Assembly (NCBI GenBank): GCA_041662745.1
Contig: JBAZRV010000001.1
Location: 60,001 to 92,000 of the forward strand
DNA: 32,000 nt
DNA from: Patescibacteria group bacterium
Lineage (GTDB): Bacteria > Patescibacteriota > Patescibacteriia > 2-01-FULL-39-33
Direction of reading: 5' to 3'
A program made the position numbers and the translations under genes. Below the pieces are notes generated by a model, which did no database searches, was not told where the DNA came from, and worked only from the letters and a program-made list of their open reading frames with translations. The stretch's first letter is position 1. Each line of letters begins with the position of its first letter. Below are positions 1-8,496 of the stretch, in pieces.

Positions 1-22
1 TTTTTACGGCGTCAGGCAGCCG

Positions 23-346
23 CTAGGCCAATCGTCGGTCATACTTTTGATCTAATTCTTTCTGTTGTTTTTGACGACGCAACTTACGAAATCTTTTGCG
101 CGCCACTTGGTAATAATAAGTACCCACCATGGTGCCCAGGGCGCAGCCCAAGGCATAAAGCAAAGCCAGCGACCAATTGTCAACATTGTCAACAATCGTC
201 CGTACCACATAATACCAGATCAAGATATTGATCACGGTAATAGCTCCGCTAGACCAAACTTTGGTTTCCGTAACCGCTTTGGTCCATAGGGTAACTATAA
301 GCATTTCCACGGCGCCCACAAAAAATAGAATGATGCTTATTTTCAT
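23..346 (-). CDS. Small membrane protein, DUF5698-like (N-terminal part of DUF2179 family proteins)
   Basis: 107-aa ORF with hydrophobic segments; motif VVRTIVDNVDNWSLALLYALGCALGTMVG resembles DUF5698. Confidence 0.6.
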   Translation of the reverse strand: MKISIILFFVGAVEMLIVTLWTKAVTETKVWSSGAITVINILIWYYVVRTIVDNVDNWSLALLYALGCALGTMVGTYYYQVARKRFRKLRRQKQQKELDQKYDRRLA

Positions 347-506
347 AAATTTGTGGGTTTAATTCCGCTGATTAATTCAGGGAATCATTAATTTTAACGA
401 CCTTTTTAATGAAAAAACGCCCGCTCACGCGTACGCTTTATTCATGCCTTAAGTATAGACCTTTCAGAGCCTTTTGTCAATCAAAAACCCATAAAACATA
501 ACCTGA

Positions 507-1871
507 TTATTTGATCAACTTCTCAGTTTTCAACAGCAATTCCGCCAGAACCTCCCTGCTCCGCGCTTCAACATTCAAACGCGCCAGAGGTTCGGTATGC
601 GACGGCCGGATGTTAAGATACCATCGCTCTCCCCTGTCCTTGATTGACAGTCCGTCAAGAACGGAAAACTCCGCTCCCTTGAACTCCTGCCTGAATTTTT
701 TAGCCAACCGATCAAAGTCTTTAACCTTATAATTCTTCTCTCCGGAAATAGCATAAGCAGACGAATATTTAGCGATGGCCTGCGACAAGGTTAATTTATT
801 ACTTTTAAGATAGGACAGGATAAGCAGAATCGGCAAAATCGCATCGCCCCAAACATAATTTTTCTTTCGGCCGAACAAGCGATAATTGAACATAAAATGG
901 CCGGAGTTCTCGCAACCGAACAGGATTTTTTTCTGATTCATGGTCTTGATGATGTTGGCGTAGCCGGCGCGATGCGCCAAGGCTTCACTGCCCCTGGCGC
1001 GGATCAATTCCGCCAAACCCAAACCTAAACGAGCGTCAATAACAATCCTTATCTTCGGCTTGTCAGCCAAAATTAACTCTGTTAGCAGACAATTCAAATA
1101 ATACGGTTCAACAAACTTGCCCTTCTCATCAATGAATATCGCCCGATCGGCGTCACCGTCAAAAACTATTCCCAAATCGGCTTTTGCCGTCTTGATTTCC
1201 TTTACGATCGGCAGTTGATTCTCTTTGACCAAGGGATTAGGGCCATGATCGGGATAGGGATCGCCGGAAAAAAAATTCATCCGCGTTGTTTTTATCGGCA
1301 AAAAAGAAAAAACCGTCTCAGCCAAACGCGCTCCCGAACCGCCGGAAGCGTCTACCACGACATTCATTCCCTTCAATATTTGAGGGTTGATTAAAGATAG
1401 GACAAAATCACGGTATTCCTTGGTTACCGAAAAAAAATCGGCCTGCGGTTTGCCCATTGTTTGCTGTTTGATCTTACCGACCTGGATTTTAATTTTCTTT
1501 AGTCCGGTCTTAAGCCCGAAAACCCGGCCACGGCTGTCGCAGAATTTCACTCCGGTTTCTCCTGCCGGACTGTGGCTGGCCGTAATCATGGCGCCGGCGG
1601 GAAAATCATGCTCGCCGACGGCAAAAAATAATTCCGGCGTGGCGCAGACGCCCAAATCATAAACCTTTACGCCGCCCTTGTTCAGGCCGGCCAATAACGG
1701 CCAGAATACTTTTTCTGATTCCAAGCGGGCATCGCGACCGCAGATTATCTTTTTGGCTTTGGTCACTTTAGCGAAAGCCAAACCCAAAGCAAACGCTGTG
1801 TGTTCATCCAATTCCTGCGGATATTTACCGCGGATATCGTACTCTTTAAAGATTTTGGGGTTGATATTCAT
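507..1871 (-). CDS. manB: Phosphomannomutase/phosphoglucomutase
   Basis: 454 aa; EYDIRG N-terminus, ITASHSPAGETGVK phosphoserine-loop region, VVFDGDADRAIFID metal-binding loop, C-terminal IRPSHTEPLARL. Confidence 0.9.
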   Translation of the reverse strand: MNINPKIFKEYDIRGKYPQELDEHTAFALGLAFAKVTKAKKIICGRDARLESEKVFWPLLAGLNKGGVKVYDLGVCATPELFFAVGEHDFPAGAMITASHSPAGETGVKFCDSRGRVFGLKTGLKKIKIQVGKIKQQTMGKPQADFFSVTKEYRDFVLSLINPQILKGMNVVVDASGGSGARLAETVFSFLPIKTTRMNFFSGDPYPDHGPNPLVKENQLPIVKEIKTAKADLGIVFDGDADRAIFIDEKGKFVEPYYLNCLLTELILADKPKIRIVIDARLGLGLAELIRARGSEALAHRAGYANIIKTMNQKKILFGCENSGHFMFNYRLFGRKKNYVWGDAILPILLILSYLKSNKLTLSQAIAKYSSAYAISGEKNYKVKDFDRLAKKFRQEFKGAEFSVLDGLSIKDRGERWYLNIRPSHTEPLARLNVEARSREVLAELLLKTEKLIK

Positions 1872-2476
1872 AAATCAATTTTCTCATATTCTTTAATGAC
1901 CATTTTCCAAGCCCGATGAAGCGGGGTTAGCGCCTTTTTCACCTCCGGAAAGGCGGCGAGATCGCGATAGTCGCGAGCCATTTTGCCATAAGCGCGAAAA
2001 GGTTGTTTTTTGGCTTTATCAACGCAAGCGATGTCCATATACATAAAATCAGTTATATGACTGGCTGAATCGGCGCAAGCCACAATTTTTGCTTCTAACG
2101 TTTCCGGCATAACATCCTTACAACGATGAGCGCGAATAGCATGCAAAGCTTTTTTCATTTTATCTTTAGGATATTTTTCTTGCTGAAAAAACTTTTTTGC
2201 TATTTCAGCGCTGCGTTTAGCGTGATCAATTGATGCGGACATGGGATAGTGGCCGATATCATGCAACCAAACTCCCAATAATACTGTTTCCTTATCGGCC
2301 GTAGGGTGTTTTTTACACAAATATAAGGCCCATCTTTCCACTTCCGGCACATGTCTTAAAAGACCAAAGGGATCATCGCCGAATTTATTAACACTTAAAA
2401 CATTGCCCAAATCACCCTTGGACTTCTTAACTCTGTCTTGGAATAGTTTTTTTGCTTTAATAACGATACTTTTCAT
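1868..2476 (-). CDS. HD-domain protein (putative phosphohydrolase)
   Basis: 202 aa; VLLGVWLHDIGHYP HD motif; 4-nt overlap with the downstream manB-like gene. Confidence 0.75.
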   Translation of the reverse strand: MKSIVIKAKKLFQDRVKKSKGDLGNVLSVNKFGDDPFGLLRHVPEVERWALYLCKKHPTADKETVLLGVWLHDIGHYPMSASIDHAKRSAEIAKKFFQQEKYPKDKMKKALHAIRAHRCKDVMPETLEAKIVACADSASHITDFMYMDIACVDKAKKQPFRAYGKMARDYRDLAAFPEVKKALTPLHRAWKMVIKEYEKIDL

Positions 2477-2478
2477 AT

Positions 2479-3228
2479 TTACATTCTACCATTTTTAACC
2501 GCGATCGCCAAAAGATTATCGCCGTACATAATGCCTTTTTTGCCTTCACTTTTAGCCTTGAACTCTAATTCCTCAATGATAAATCCGGCTCGCCTCAACA
2601 AACGGCGGGTTTCTCCCTTGGTGAAGGAGTGGATATAGCGCTTAGTGTCTCTCCCGCCCGATTTCCAAGGCACAAAAGCATCGCTCATAGCCCAGGCGCC
2701 CCAACGGATTTTTTCCAGCCAATTAAAAAGATAGGGATAATAGCGGAATCTTTTTTTCCAACCGAACACTTGCCACAAATTCCAATTCACCATGACCAAT
2801 CGCCCGCCGGGTTGCAGAATGTCATGGATGTTTTTTAACGCTCGCCAGCGCAATTGCCTACTCGGCAAATGATGCAGAACAGCAATTAGTAAAACTAAAT
2901 CGTAAGAATTATTCTTAAACTGCAAATTATTAATATCCCCGACCTCAAATTTCACCCACGGCTTGTCCTTAAATCTTTCGCGGGCGATTTTTATCAATTC
3001 TTCGCTATTGTCAATACCCAAATATTCCACCTTTGAATCGGCAAAAATCTCGGCCATCCGGCCATTGCCACAGCCGATATCCAAAACCCTGTTCCCCGGC
3101 TTGACATATTTGGCAAAATCGCCGAAACCGCGCCACCAGTGGCCGCGCGTATCTGAAAAGTCTAAGGCAATCTCATTGTAAAACCCTTTAGTCTGTCCGA
3201 GTATTTTTTGTGTTTTTTTCCGGATCAT
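2479..3228 (-). CDS. SAM-dependent methyltransferase, Trm9/ALKBH8-methyltransferase-like
   Basis: 249 aa; VLDIGCGNGRMAEIF motif I, VLLIAVLHHLPS, QPGGRLVMVNWN; GRDTKRYIHSFTKGETRRLLRRAGF tail resembling Trm9 proteins. Confidence 0.75.
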   Translation of the reverse strand: MIRKKTQKILGQTKGFYNEIALDFSDTRGHWWRGFGDFAKYVKPGNRVLDIGCGNGRMAEIFADSKVEYLGIDNSEELIKIARERFKDKPWVKFEVGDINNLQFKNNSYDLVLLIAVLHHLPSRQLRWRALKNIHDILQPGGRLVMVNWNLWQVFGWKKRFRYYPYLFNWLEKIRWGAWAMSDAFVPWKSGGRDTKRYIHSFTKGETRRLLRRAGFIIEELEFKAKSEGKKGIMYGDNLLAIAVKNGRM

Positions 3229-3266
3229 AACAAACTAACTTTAGCATTTTTTTGGCAAAAATAAAA

Positions 3267-3291
3267 CCGCGCTGGCAATAAGCCAGCGCGG
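3267..3291 (-). terminator. Intrinsic terminator
   Basis: Perfect 10-bp stem CCGCGCTGGC/GCCAGCGCGG followed by a T-rich tract on the minus strand. Confidence 0.75.
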
Positions 3292-3343
3292 GAAAATAAC
3301 GATTCCAAGAGGTCAAGGTTCAAGGAATCAAGGTGACAAGCCT

Positions 3344-3385
3344 GCCTACCGGCAGGCAGGCTCGGCCTACCGGCGGGCAGGCTCG
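3344..3385. repeat. Tandem 21-bp palindrome-rich repeat
   Basis: GCCTACCGGCAGGCAGGCTCG (3344-3364) directly followed by GCCTACCGGCGGGCAGGCTCG (3365-3385); one mismatch. Confidence 0.9.
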
Positions 3386-4104
3386 CGGACAACAGCGAAC
3401 CGCCAAACGCCGCTGAAGCCACCCCCAAGACAGTCCAGGCTCAGAGCGCGCCTCGCACCATCCCCGCTGAGGCAAGCGAAGAAGCGGTAGCCGGCACGGC
3501 GCCAAATTGAACCCAGTGCGGCAATGGGGTATAGCCGTTGCAATTCGGGGTGGGCCGCACCCAGAGCCAGCAGTTCTTCAATCTGAGCAAAAAGATAGCG
3601 ATAATTCGCTCCTTGCTTGGCCAGCCAATCATTGACTTCTTTCAATTTGGCAATAATCTGATCGCCATTGCTGAAATCCCGATTGAAGTGGAGTAATTCC
3701 ACTTTGATTTTCCGCTTACCCGCTCCATTGAAAGGGAAATGATCGGCGATGATGTTGGGATTGGGCCAGTCATAGCGGCCGGCGGCGATCATCTGCGCGA
3801 GATTCTTACTGGGATCAATGATCACATCGTAAACGCCGACCAGATAAGAGGAGACAATTTGTTTGGCGGCGATCCTTGTCTTTTGGGTCGCAGGCATCTC
3901 GGCGACAATCAATTCTCCTATCTTGCGAATCGTACCCTCGCCATTAACGCTCGCCAAATAAAGAAGGCACCTGTCAAAATCACCGCCAAGTTCGCCTATA
4001 ACCTTGATCAAGGTGGCGACAATCTCGGTAATCCTGCCCCAATACTTTAGGAGCAACCTCACTGTTATTTCCGCTTCGGCTTTGTTTGGATTTCTCTTGC
4101 CCAT
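3367..4104 (-). CDS. Conserved hypothetical protein, paralog of 10393..11130; possible diversified C-terminal domain
   Basis: 245 aa; shares YDV..DPS.(N/D)L.QMIAAG(R/K)YD, FSNGDQ(I/V)IAKL(K/Q)EVNDWLA, ELLALGAAHP.LQR and WRFAVVREP with the second ORF; SD AAGGAGA upstream of ATG. Confidence 0.85.
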   Translation of the reverse strand: MGKRNPNKAEAEITVRLLLKYWGRITEIVATLIKVIGELGGDFDRCLLYLASVNGEGTIRKIGELIVAEMPATQKTRIAAKQIVSSYLVGVYDVIIDPSKNLAQMIAAGRYDWPNPNIIADHFPFNGAGKRKIKVELLHFNRDFSNGDQIIAKLKEVNDWLAKQGANYRYLFAQIEELLALGAAHPELQRLYPIAALGSIWRRAGYRFFACLSGDGARRALSLDCLGGGFSGVWRFAVVREPARR

Positions 4105-4216
4105 GTCTCTTCTCCTTTTTTGGCCTAATCCCTCATCTCGACCCTATGCCGAAACCCCAGATTAGCCGTTTTTAGGTGCGAATCAGCTTTGCCCGCGGGG
4201 CAAAAGCTAATAGATG

Positions 4217-4245
4217 ATTATATTGCCTAAATAGTTATTTGTCAA
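4217..4245 (-). promoter_or_regulatory. Consensus sigma70-type promoter for 3367..4104
   Basis: TTGACA (4240-4245) - 17 nt - TATAAT (4217-4222) on the minus strand. Confidence 0.85.
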
Positions 4246-4317
4246 TATCTTTGATTTTTGCCTTAGCCAAGTAGATTATATTTTTAGCCAAATTTAAACA
4301 AAAACATAGTAGAATTA

Positions 4318-4346
4318 TTGAAAATTAAACGGATTAATGCTATCAT
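4318..4346 (+). promoter_or_regulatory. Promoter for the elp3-like gene, possibly leaderless
   Basis: TTGAAA (4318-4323) - 17 nt - TATCAT (4341-4346); extended -10 TGC; ATG begins at 4353. Confidence 0.6.
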
Positions 4347-4352
4347 TTCCAG

Positions 4353-5945
4353 ATGAAAAACAAGGAGAAACAATTAGCTGAAATTGTCTTAAAAATTACC
4401 CAAAGCAATCCTGTCTCAGATAAGGAGTTATTTAATATTGTCCGCTCAATTTCAGGAAAACAGAAACTCCCGCCACCGGAAAAATCCGCCTTGCTTGCCC
4501 AATACCGCCGATTAATCAAAGCAAAAAAAATCAAGCCGGATAAAAATCTGGAGCGGCTTTTGACTAAACGCGCCGTCCGCACGCTTTCCGGCGTAGCCGT
4601 GATCTCCGTCTTAACCAAACCGCAACCCTGCCCAGGCGACTGCCTGTTCTGTCCGACGGAAAGGGCTATGCCCAAATCCTATTTGAGCAATGAGCCGGCG
4701 GTGATGCGCGCCATCTTAAACGACTTTGATCCTTACCGCCAAGTGACAATGCGGCTTAAGGCGCTTGAAGCCAACGGCCATAAGACGGAAAAAATAGAGC
4801 TTATCATCATGGGAGGCACCTGGTCATATCACCCCACCAGATATCAAAAATGGTTCATCAAACGCTGTTTGGAAGCGCTTAACGGCCGAGCGGCAAAAAC
4901 CCTGCAAGAAGCGCAAAACAAAAACGAAACAGCCAAGCATCGCTGTATCGGCCTCACCTTGGAAACCCGGCCGGATTATATCACGCCCCAAGAAATTAAT
5001 CGCTTGCGCGAATTGGGCTGTACCCGGGTGGAATTGGGCGTCCAGCATACCGATGACAAAATCTTGAAATTAAACCGCCGCGGCCATACGGCCAGACAAA
5101 GCATTGAAGCAATCCGCTTACTTAAAGATGCCGGTTTCAAAATCAATCTGCACTTGATGCCTAATATGTACGGTTCTACGCCGGCTAAAGATCTGGCGCT
5201 GTTTAAAAAAATCTTTACCGACGGCGATTATATGCCGGATATGGTTAAAATCTATCCTTGCGTGGTGAATAAGAACGCCGATTTATATCGTTTATACAAA
5301 CAGGGAAAACATAAGCCGTATACGCCCCAACAATTGCTTGGATTGCTGATAAAAATAAAAAAAATCGCTCCACCCTGGGTGCGCATCACTCGTCTCATCC
5401 GCGATATTCCCGAAGAATCAATCGTCGCCGGCAATAAAATCACTAACTTGCGCCAATTAATCAACGAACAAGCGGCTAAAGACGGTTGGTCTTGCAAATG
5501 TATCAGATGCCGAGAAGCGGGTCACGCCGGCATGACCGGCGAATTAAAATTAAAAGGTCAAAAATCAAAATTAATCAATAGAAAATATCAGGCCAATGGC
5601 GGAACGGAATATTTCTTGAGTTTTGAATCGCCGGATGAAAAAATACTTTACGCTTTCCTGCGTCTGCGCCTGCCGGAGCAAGCAAAAAAATCTTTTTTGC
5701 CGGAATTACAAAACGCCGCGCTGATCCGCGAACTGCATACTTACGGCCGAGCCCTGGAGTTGGGCGGTGAAGGCCAGATCCAGCACTCGGGCTTGGGCAA
5801 AAAACTTTTAGCGGAAGCGGAAAAACTCGCCCGGCAAAAAAATTACGAAAAAATTGCCATTATTGCCGGCATCGGCGTGCGTGAATATTACAAAAAATTA
5901 AATTATAGTTTAGAGGGAACCTACATGGTAAAATATCTCAAATAA
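4353..5945 (+). CDS. elp3: Elp3-family radical SAM / GNAT tRNA uridine(34) acetyltransferase-like protein
   Basis: 530 aa; QPCPGDCLFCPTERAMPKSYLSNEPAVMRAILNDFDPYRQV, LIIMGGTWS, GLTLETRPDYI, LGCTRVELGVQH; C-terminal QHSGLGKKLLAEAEKLARQKNYEKIAIIAGIGVREYYKKLNY (GNAT). Confidence 0.93.
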   Translation: MKNKEKQLAEIVLKITQSNPVSDKELFNIVRSISGKQKLPPPEKSALLAQYRRLIKAKKIKPDKNLERLLTKRAVRTLSGVAVISVLTKPQPCPGDCLFCPTERAMPKSYLSNEPAVMRAILNDFDPYRQVTMRLKALEANGHKTEKIELIIMGGTWSYHPTRYQKWFIKRCLEALNGRAAKTLQEAQNKNETAKHRCIGLTLETRPDYITPQEINRLRELGCTRVELGVQHTDDKILKLNRRGHTARQSIEAIRLLKDAGFKINLHLMPNMYGSTPAKDLALFKKIFTDGDYMPDMVKIYPCVVNKNADLYRLYKQGKHKPYTPQQLLGLLIKIKKIAPPWVRITRLIRDIPEESIVAGNKITNLRQLINEQAAKDGWSCKCIRCREAGHAGMTGELKLKGQKSKLINRKYQANGGTEYFLSFESPDEKILYAFLRLRLPEQAKKSFLPELQNAALIRELHTYGRALELGGEGQIQHSGLGKKLLAEAEKLARQKNYEKIAIIAGIGVREYYKKLNYSLEGTYMVKYLK

Positions 5946-5987
5946 TATAATCCACACCTAAAACATAATTGAATAATCGCCGATTCA

Positions 5988-6017
5988 AAAAGCAACCGAT
6001 TAATGCCGGTTGCTTTT
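5988..6017. terminator. Bidirectional intrinsic terminator
   Basis: AAAAGCAACCG/CGGTTGCTTTT stem between convergent genes. Confidence 0.8.
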
Positions 6018-6051
6018 GTTATTCCGCTGTTTGGCCGGATGTTTTTAATGG

Positions 6052-8016
6052 TTAGGGAGCAATGCAGGAGGAACTGAAGAATGACTTGCAACACTTCCTC
6101 TTTGAGGAATTATAGTAGGGATAAGTTCTGTTCTTAACTTTGCAACAAGCCGAATTAGTGCAGGTCTTAGCCACACAAACATTGCTAACGCAATTCTGCG
6201 CCGCATTGCAACTGCCACAATTCAGGGTGCCGCCGCAACCGTTAGAAATAGAGCCGCAATTCTTGCTTTGGGCCGCGCAGGTAGTCGGCGTACAGACGCA
6301 AGCTTGGCTGACAGCCGGCATATTCGCTGTTGTGCCGCAACCGTTAACATCAACGCAAGTTCTTGTTTGCGCGCTATTGGAGCAGGCGCTCCAATCAGTA
6401 CAAGACCAATTCTCAACACAAACCGGCGGCAAGGTACCGCTGAACTCATAAGCGCCCAAATCCGGCGCCGTGCCTTGCGGCACTGCCGTACCGGCATAGT
6501 CAGGAGTCAAACTCAATGACGCCCCCTTATTAATCGCCGGGGAGGCTGATTGAAGGGAAAAATCATAAGCGACGGCATTATTGAATTTAGGATCAACAAC
6601 TAAAGAGTTGGCGTCTTGTCCGGCCGGTTTGGCGTAGGAACCGCTGGGGTAGTAAAGGTTATAATTAATAGTGTTGCCGGTAGCGCCGACTAATCCCAAA
6701 AGCGTCTTATAGTTTCCGGCAGTACTGCCGGCCGCCATGGTGCTGAAAATATTGTTTTTAACCTGCGCTCCGGTCATCAATGATCCGGCCAAGACCAAGC
6801 CGAAGCGCTTGCTGTTATACACGGTATTATTATAAACGGCAACGTTGGCAAAATTATAAAGCTGTATGCCATCGCCCTCATTATAAATCACATTATAAAT
6901 TACGGCGTTGCCATTGGTTCCGGCAACTCCGTTGATACTGCCGTCAAAACGGATTCCCTGAGTGCCCAACTTCTGCCCGCTATTGCCTTGATCAAGGACT
7001 ACAGCTAACCCTTCAGGATTATTATAAGTGTCATATTGGCCGTAAACCTTATTATATCTGACAACATTATTGCCGCCGGTCATAAACAAATTAATGCCGG
7101 CGCGATCGTCAAAAGTGCGGCAATTGCCATAAACCGTATTATGTTCAATAATATTGCCGGCCGTAATTGACGAATACAGAGCGATGCCGGCATCGCCATT
7201 ATTATAACTGGTATTGCTTTTAAGGGAACTGTTGGAACCGGAAAAACTAATGCCCATGGCGCCATTATTGTAAGTCTGATTGTTAAAAACTTCATTGGCT
7301 AAGCCGCGATCCGATCCGTTGGCATAAAACATTATGCCGGCGCCGTAATTGTAAGCATTGACTTGGGAATAAGCCGTGCCCTTGGTACCGCTGACAATAG
7401 AATTTTTCACGATGTTGTTATTGCCGGTACCGGCGACATCGGCCAAAAAATAAATTCCGCCGTAACCCCAATTATCCACTGCGGAAATTCCATTAACCGT
7501 TATATTGGAAGAATTGTAAATGACTAAGCCGGCCGAAGGTGAATTTTCCGACCTGGCATTAGTAACACTGACACTGTTAAGCGAGATATGGCTCTGATTC
7601 AAAATTAAGATATTCCAAGGGCGGACTTGTTCAGCGTCAAGCATCGGATTGTTGCCCGAACCGTAAGCGTCAACGACAATCGGCAAGCCGGCTGAACCTG
7701 AGGCGGCAATCTGCAATGTCTCTTTAAAGGTGCAGCCGCGTTGCAAATAAATCTGATCGCCGGATTTTAATCCCACCATCCCCTGCATTTGGTTCAATCG
7801 AGCAAAAGTTTTCCAGGCCGTAGCGGGCGATGTGCCGTCATTAGTATCATTACTAGAAACATCACAACCGATATAGTAAGAAGACGATGATAAGGCCGTG
7901 GTCGTTCTCGGCTCTAAATTGATATTAACCGTCGCTAAAACCGACAAAGCAATGGAAGTGGCCGCTAAGACTAAGGCGGCGGAAGTTTTGAGGTGTGTCT
8001 TAGTAAGAGTAATCAT
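6052..8016 (-). CDS. Secreted right-handed parallel beta-helix protein with Cys-rich, TSP1-like C-terminus
   Basis: 654 aa; N-terminal hydrophobic segment, repetitive N-rich NIVKNSIVSGTKG-type helix coils, C-terminal WSCTDWSACSNSAQTRTC and multiple Cys clusters. Confidence 0.8.
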   Translation of the reverse strand: MITLTKTHLKTSAALVLAATSIALSVLATVNINLEPRTTTALSSSSYYIGCDVSSNDTNDGTSPATAWKTFARLNQMQGMVGLKSGDQIYLQRGCTFKETLQIAASGSAGLPIVVDAYGSGNNPMLDAEQVRPWNILILNQSHISLNSVSVTNARSENSPSAGLVIYNSSNITVNGISAVDNWGYGGIYFLADVAGTGNNNIVKNSIVSGTKGTAYSQVNAYNYGAGIMFYANGSDRGLANEVFNNQTYNNGAMGISFSGSNSSLKSNTSYNNGDAGIALYSSITAGNIIEHNTVYGNCRTFDDRAGINLFMTGGNNVVRYNKVYGQYDTYNNPEGLAVVLDQGNSGQKLGTQGIRFDGSINGVAGTNGNAVIYNVIYNEGDGIQLYNFANVAVYNNTVYNSKRFGLVLAGSLMTGAQVKNNIFSTMAAGSTAGNYKTLLGLVGATGNTINYNLYYPSGSYAKPAGQDANSLVVDPKFNNAVAYDFSLQSASPAINKGASLSLTPDYAGTAVPQGTAPDLGAYEFSGTLPPVCVENWSCTDWSACSNSAQTRTCVDVNGCGTTANMPAVSQACVCTPTTCAAQSKNCGSISNGCGGTLNCGSCNAAQNCVSNVCVAKTCTNSACCKVKNRTYPYYNSSKRKCCKSFFSSSCIAP

Positions 8017-8062
8017 AAAAAATTAAATTAATTGCTATAATCGGTTGTAATTTAACCGATAA

Positions 8063-8086
8063 AAAACACCCTATGATTCGGGTGTT
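8063..8086 (-). terminator. Intrinsic terminator of the HU gene
   Basis: AAACACCC...GGGTGTTT hairpin with a T tract on the minus strand. Confidence 0.65.
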
Positions 8087-8094
8087 TATTAATT

Positions 8095-8433
8095 TTACTC
8101 TTGCATAGAAACCGCTTCAGTCGGCTCAGAAGCAACCGACTGAACTTTGCCGGTTCTGCCCTTTAAGGCATCCTTAAGATTCTTTCCGGCCTTGAATTTC
8201 GCCACGGTAACCGTGGGAATCTCAATCTTCTCATTGGGGTTGCGCGGATTGATGCCTTCTCTTCCTTTGCGGGCGCGGGCGGAAAAAGTGCCAAAACCGG
8301 TCAAAACGATTTCCCCGCCGCTTTTCATGGTTTCGGTGGCAATATCCGTAAACGCCTCCAAGGCCGATTCGGCTTGCGCCTTATTAATGCCGACCTTATC
8401 GGCGATTTTTTGTGAGAGTTCTGCTTTGTTCAT
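8095..8433 (-). CDS. hup: HU family DNA-binding protein
   Basis: MNKAELSQKIADKVGINKAQAESALEAF...GFGTFSARARKGREGINPRNPNEKIEIPT; start placed at the internal Met rather than the ORF-track start at 8463. Confidence 0.92.
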   Translation of the reverse strand: MNKAELSQKIADKVGINKAQAESALEAFTDIATETMKSGGEIVLTGFGTFSARARKGREGINPRNPNEKIEIPTVTVAKFKAGKNLKDALKGRTGKVQSVASEPTEAVSMQE

Positions 8434-8496
8434 ATGTTTGGTGATTAAAATTATTAATTTCATCGTCAGGCTGTTCCTGTGTGTCGTTTTAACCGC

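Noticed and set aside
3340-3385. Candidate CRISPR array
   Set aside because: The units are directly adjacent with no spacers, there are only two, and no cas gene is visible in the window.
3225-3505. Two short minus-strand ORFs rich in LPAGR-type repeats
   Set aside because: Produced by translating the palindromic GCCTACCGGC repeat and overlapping the better-supported 3367..4104 gene in other frames.
4353-5945. DGR reverse transcriptase or integrase near the variable-region paralogs
   Set aside because: The neighbouring large gene is clearly Elp3-like; no RT, integrase or transposase motifs were found in any listed ORF.
6140-6519. Overlapping 83-103-aa plus- and minus-strand ORFs
   Set aside because: Located within the C-terminal coding part of the beta-helix protein in alternative frames; no independent signals.
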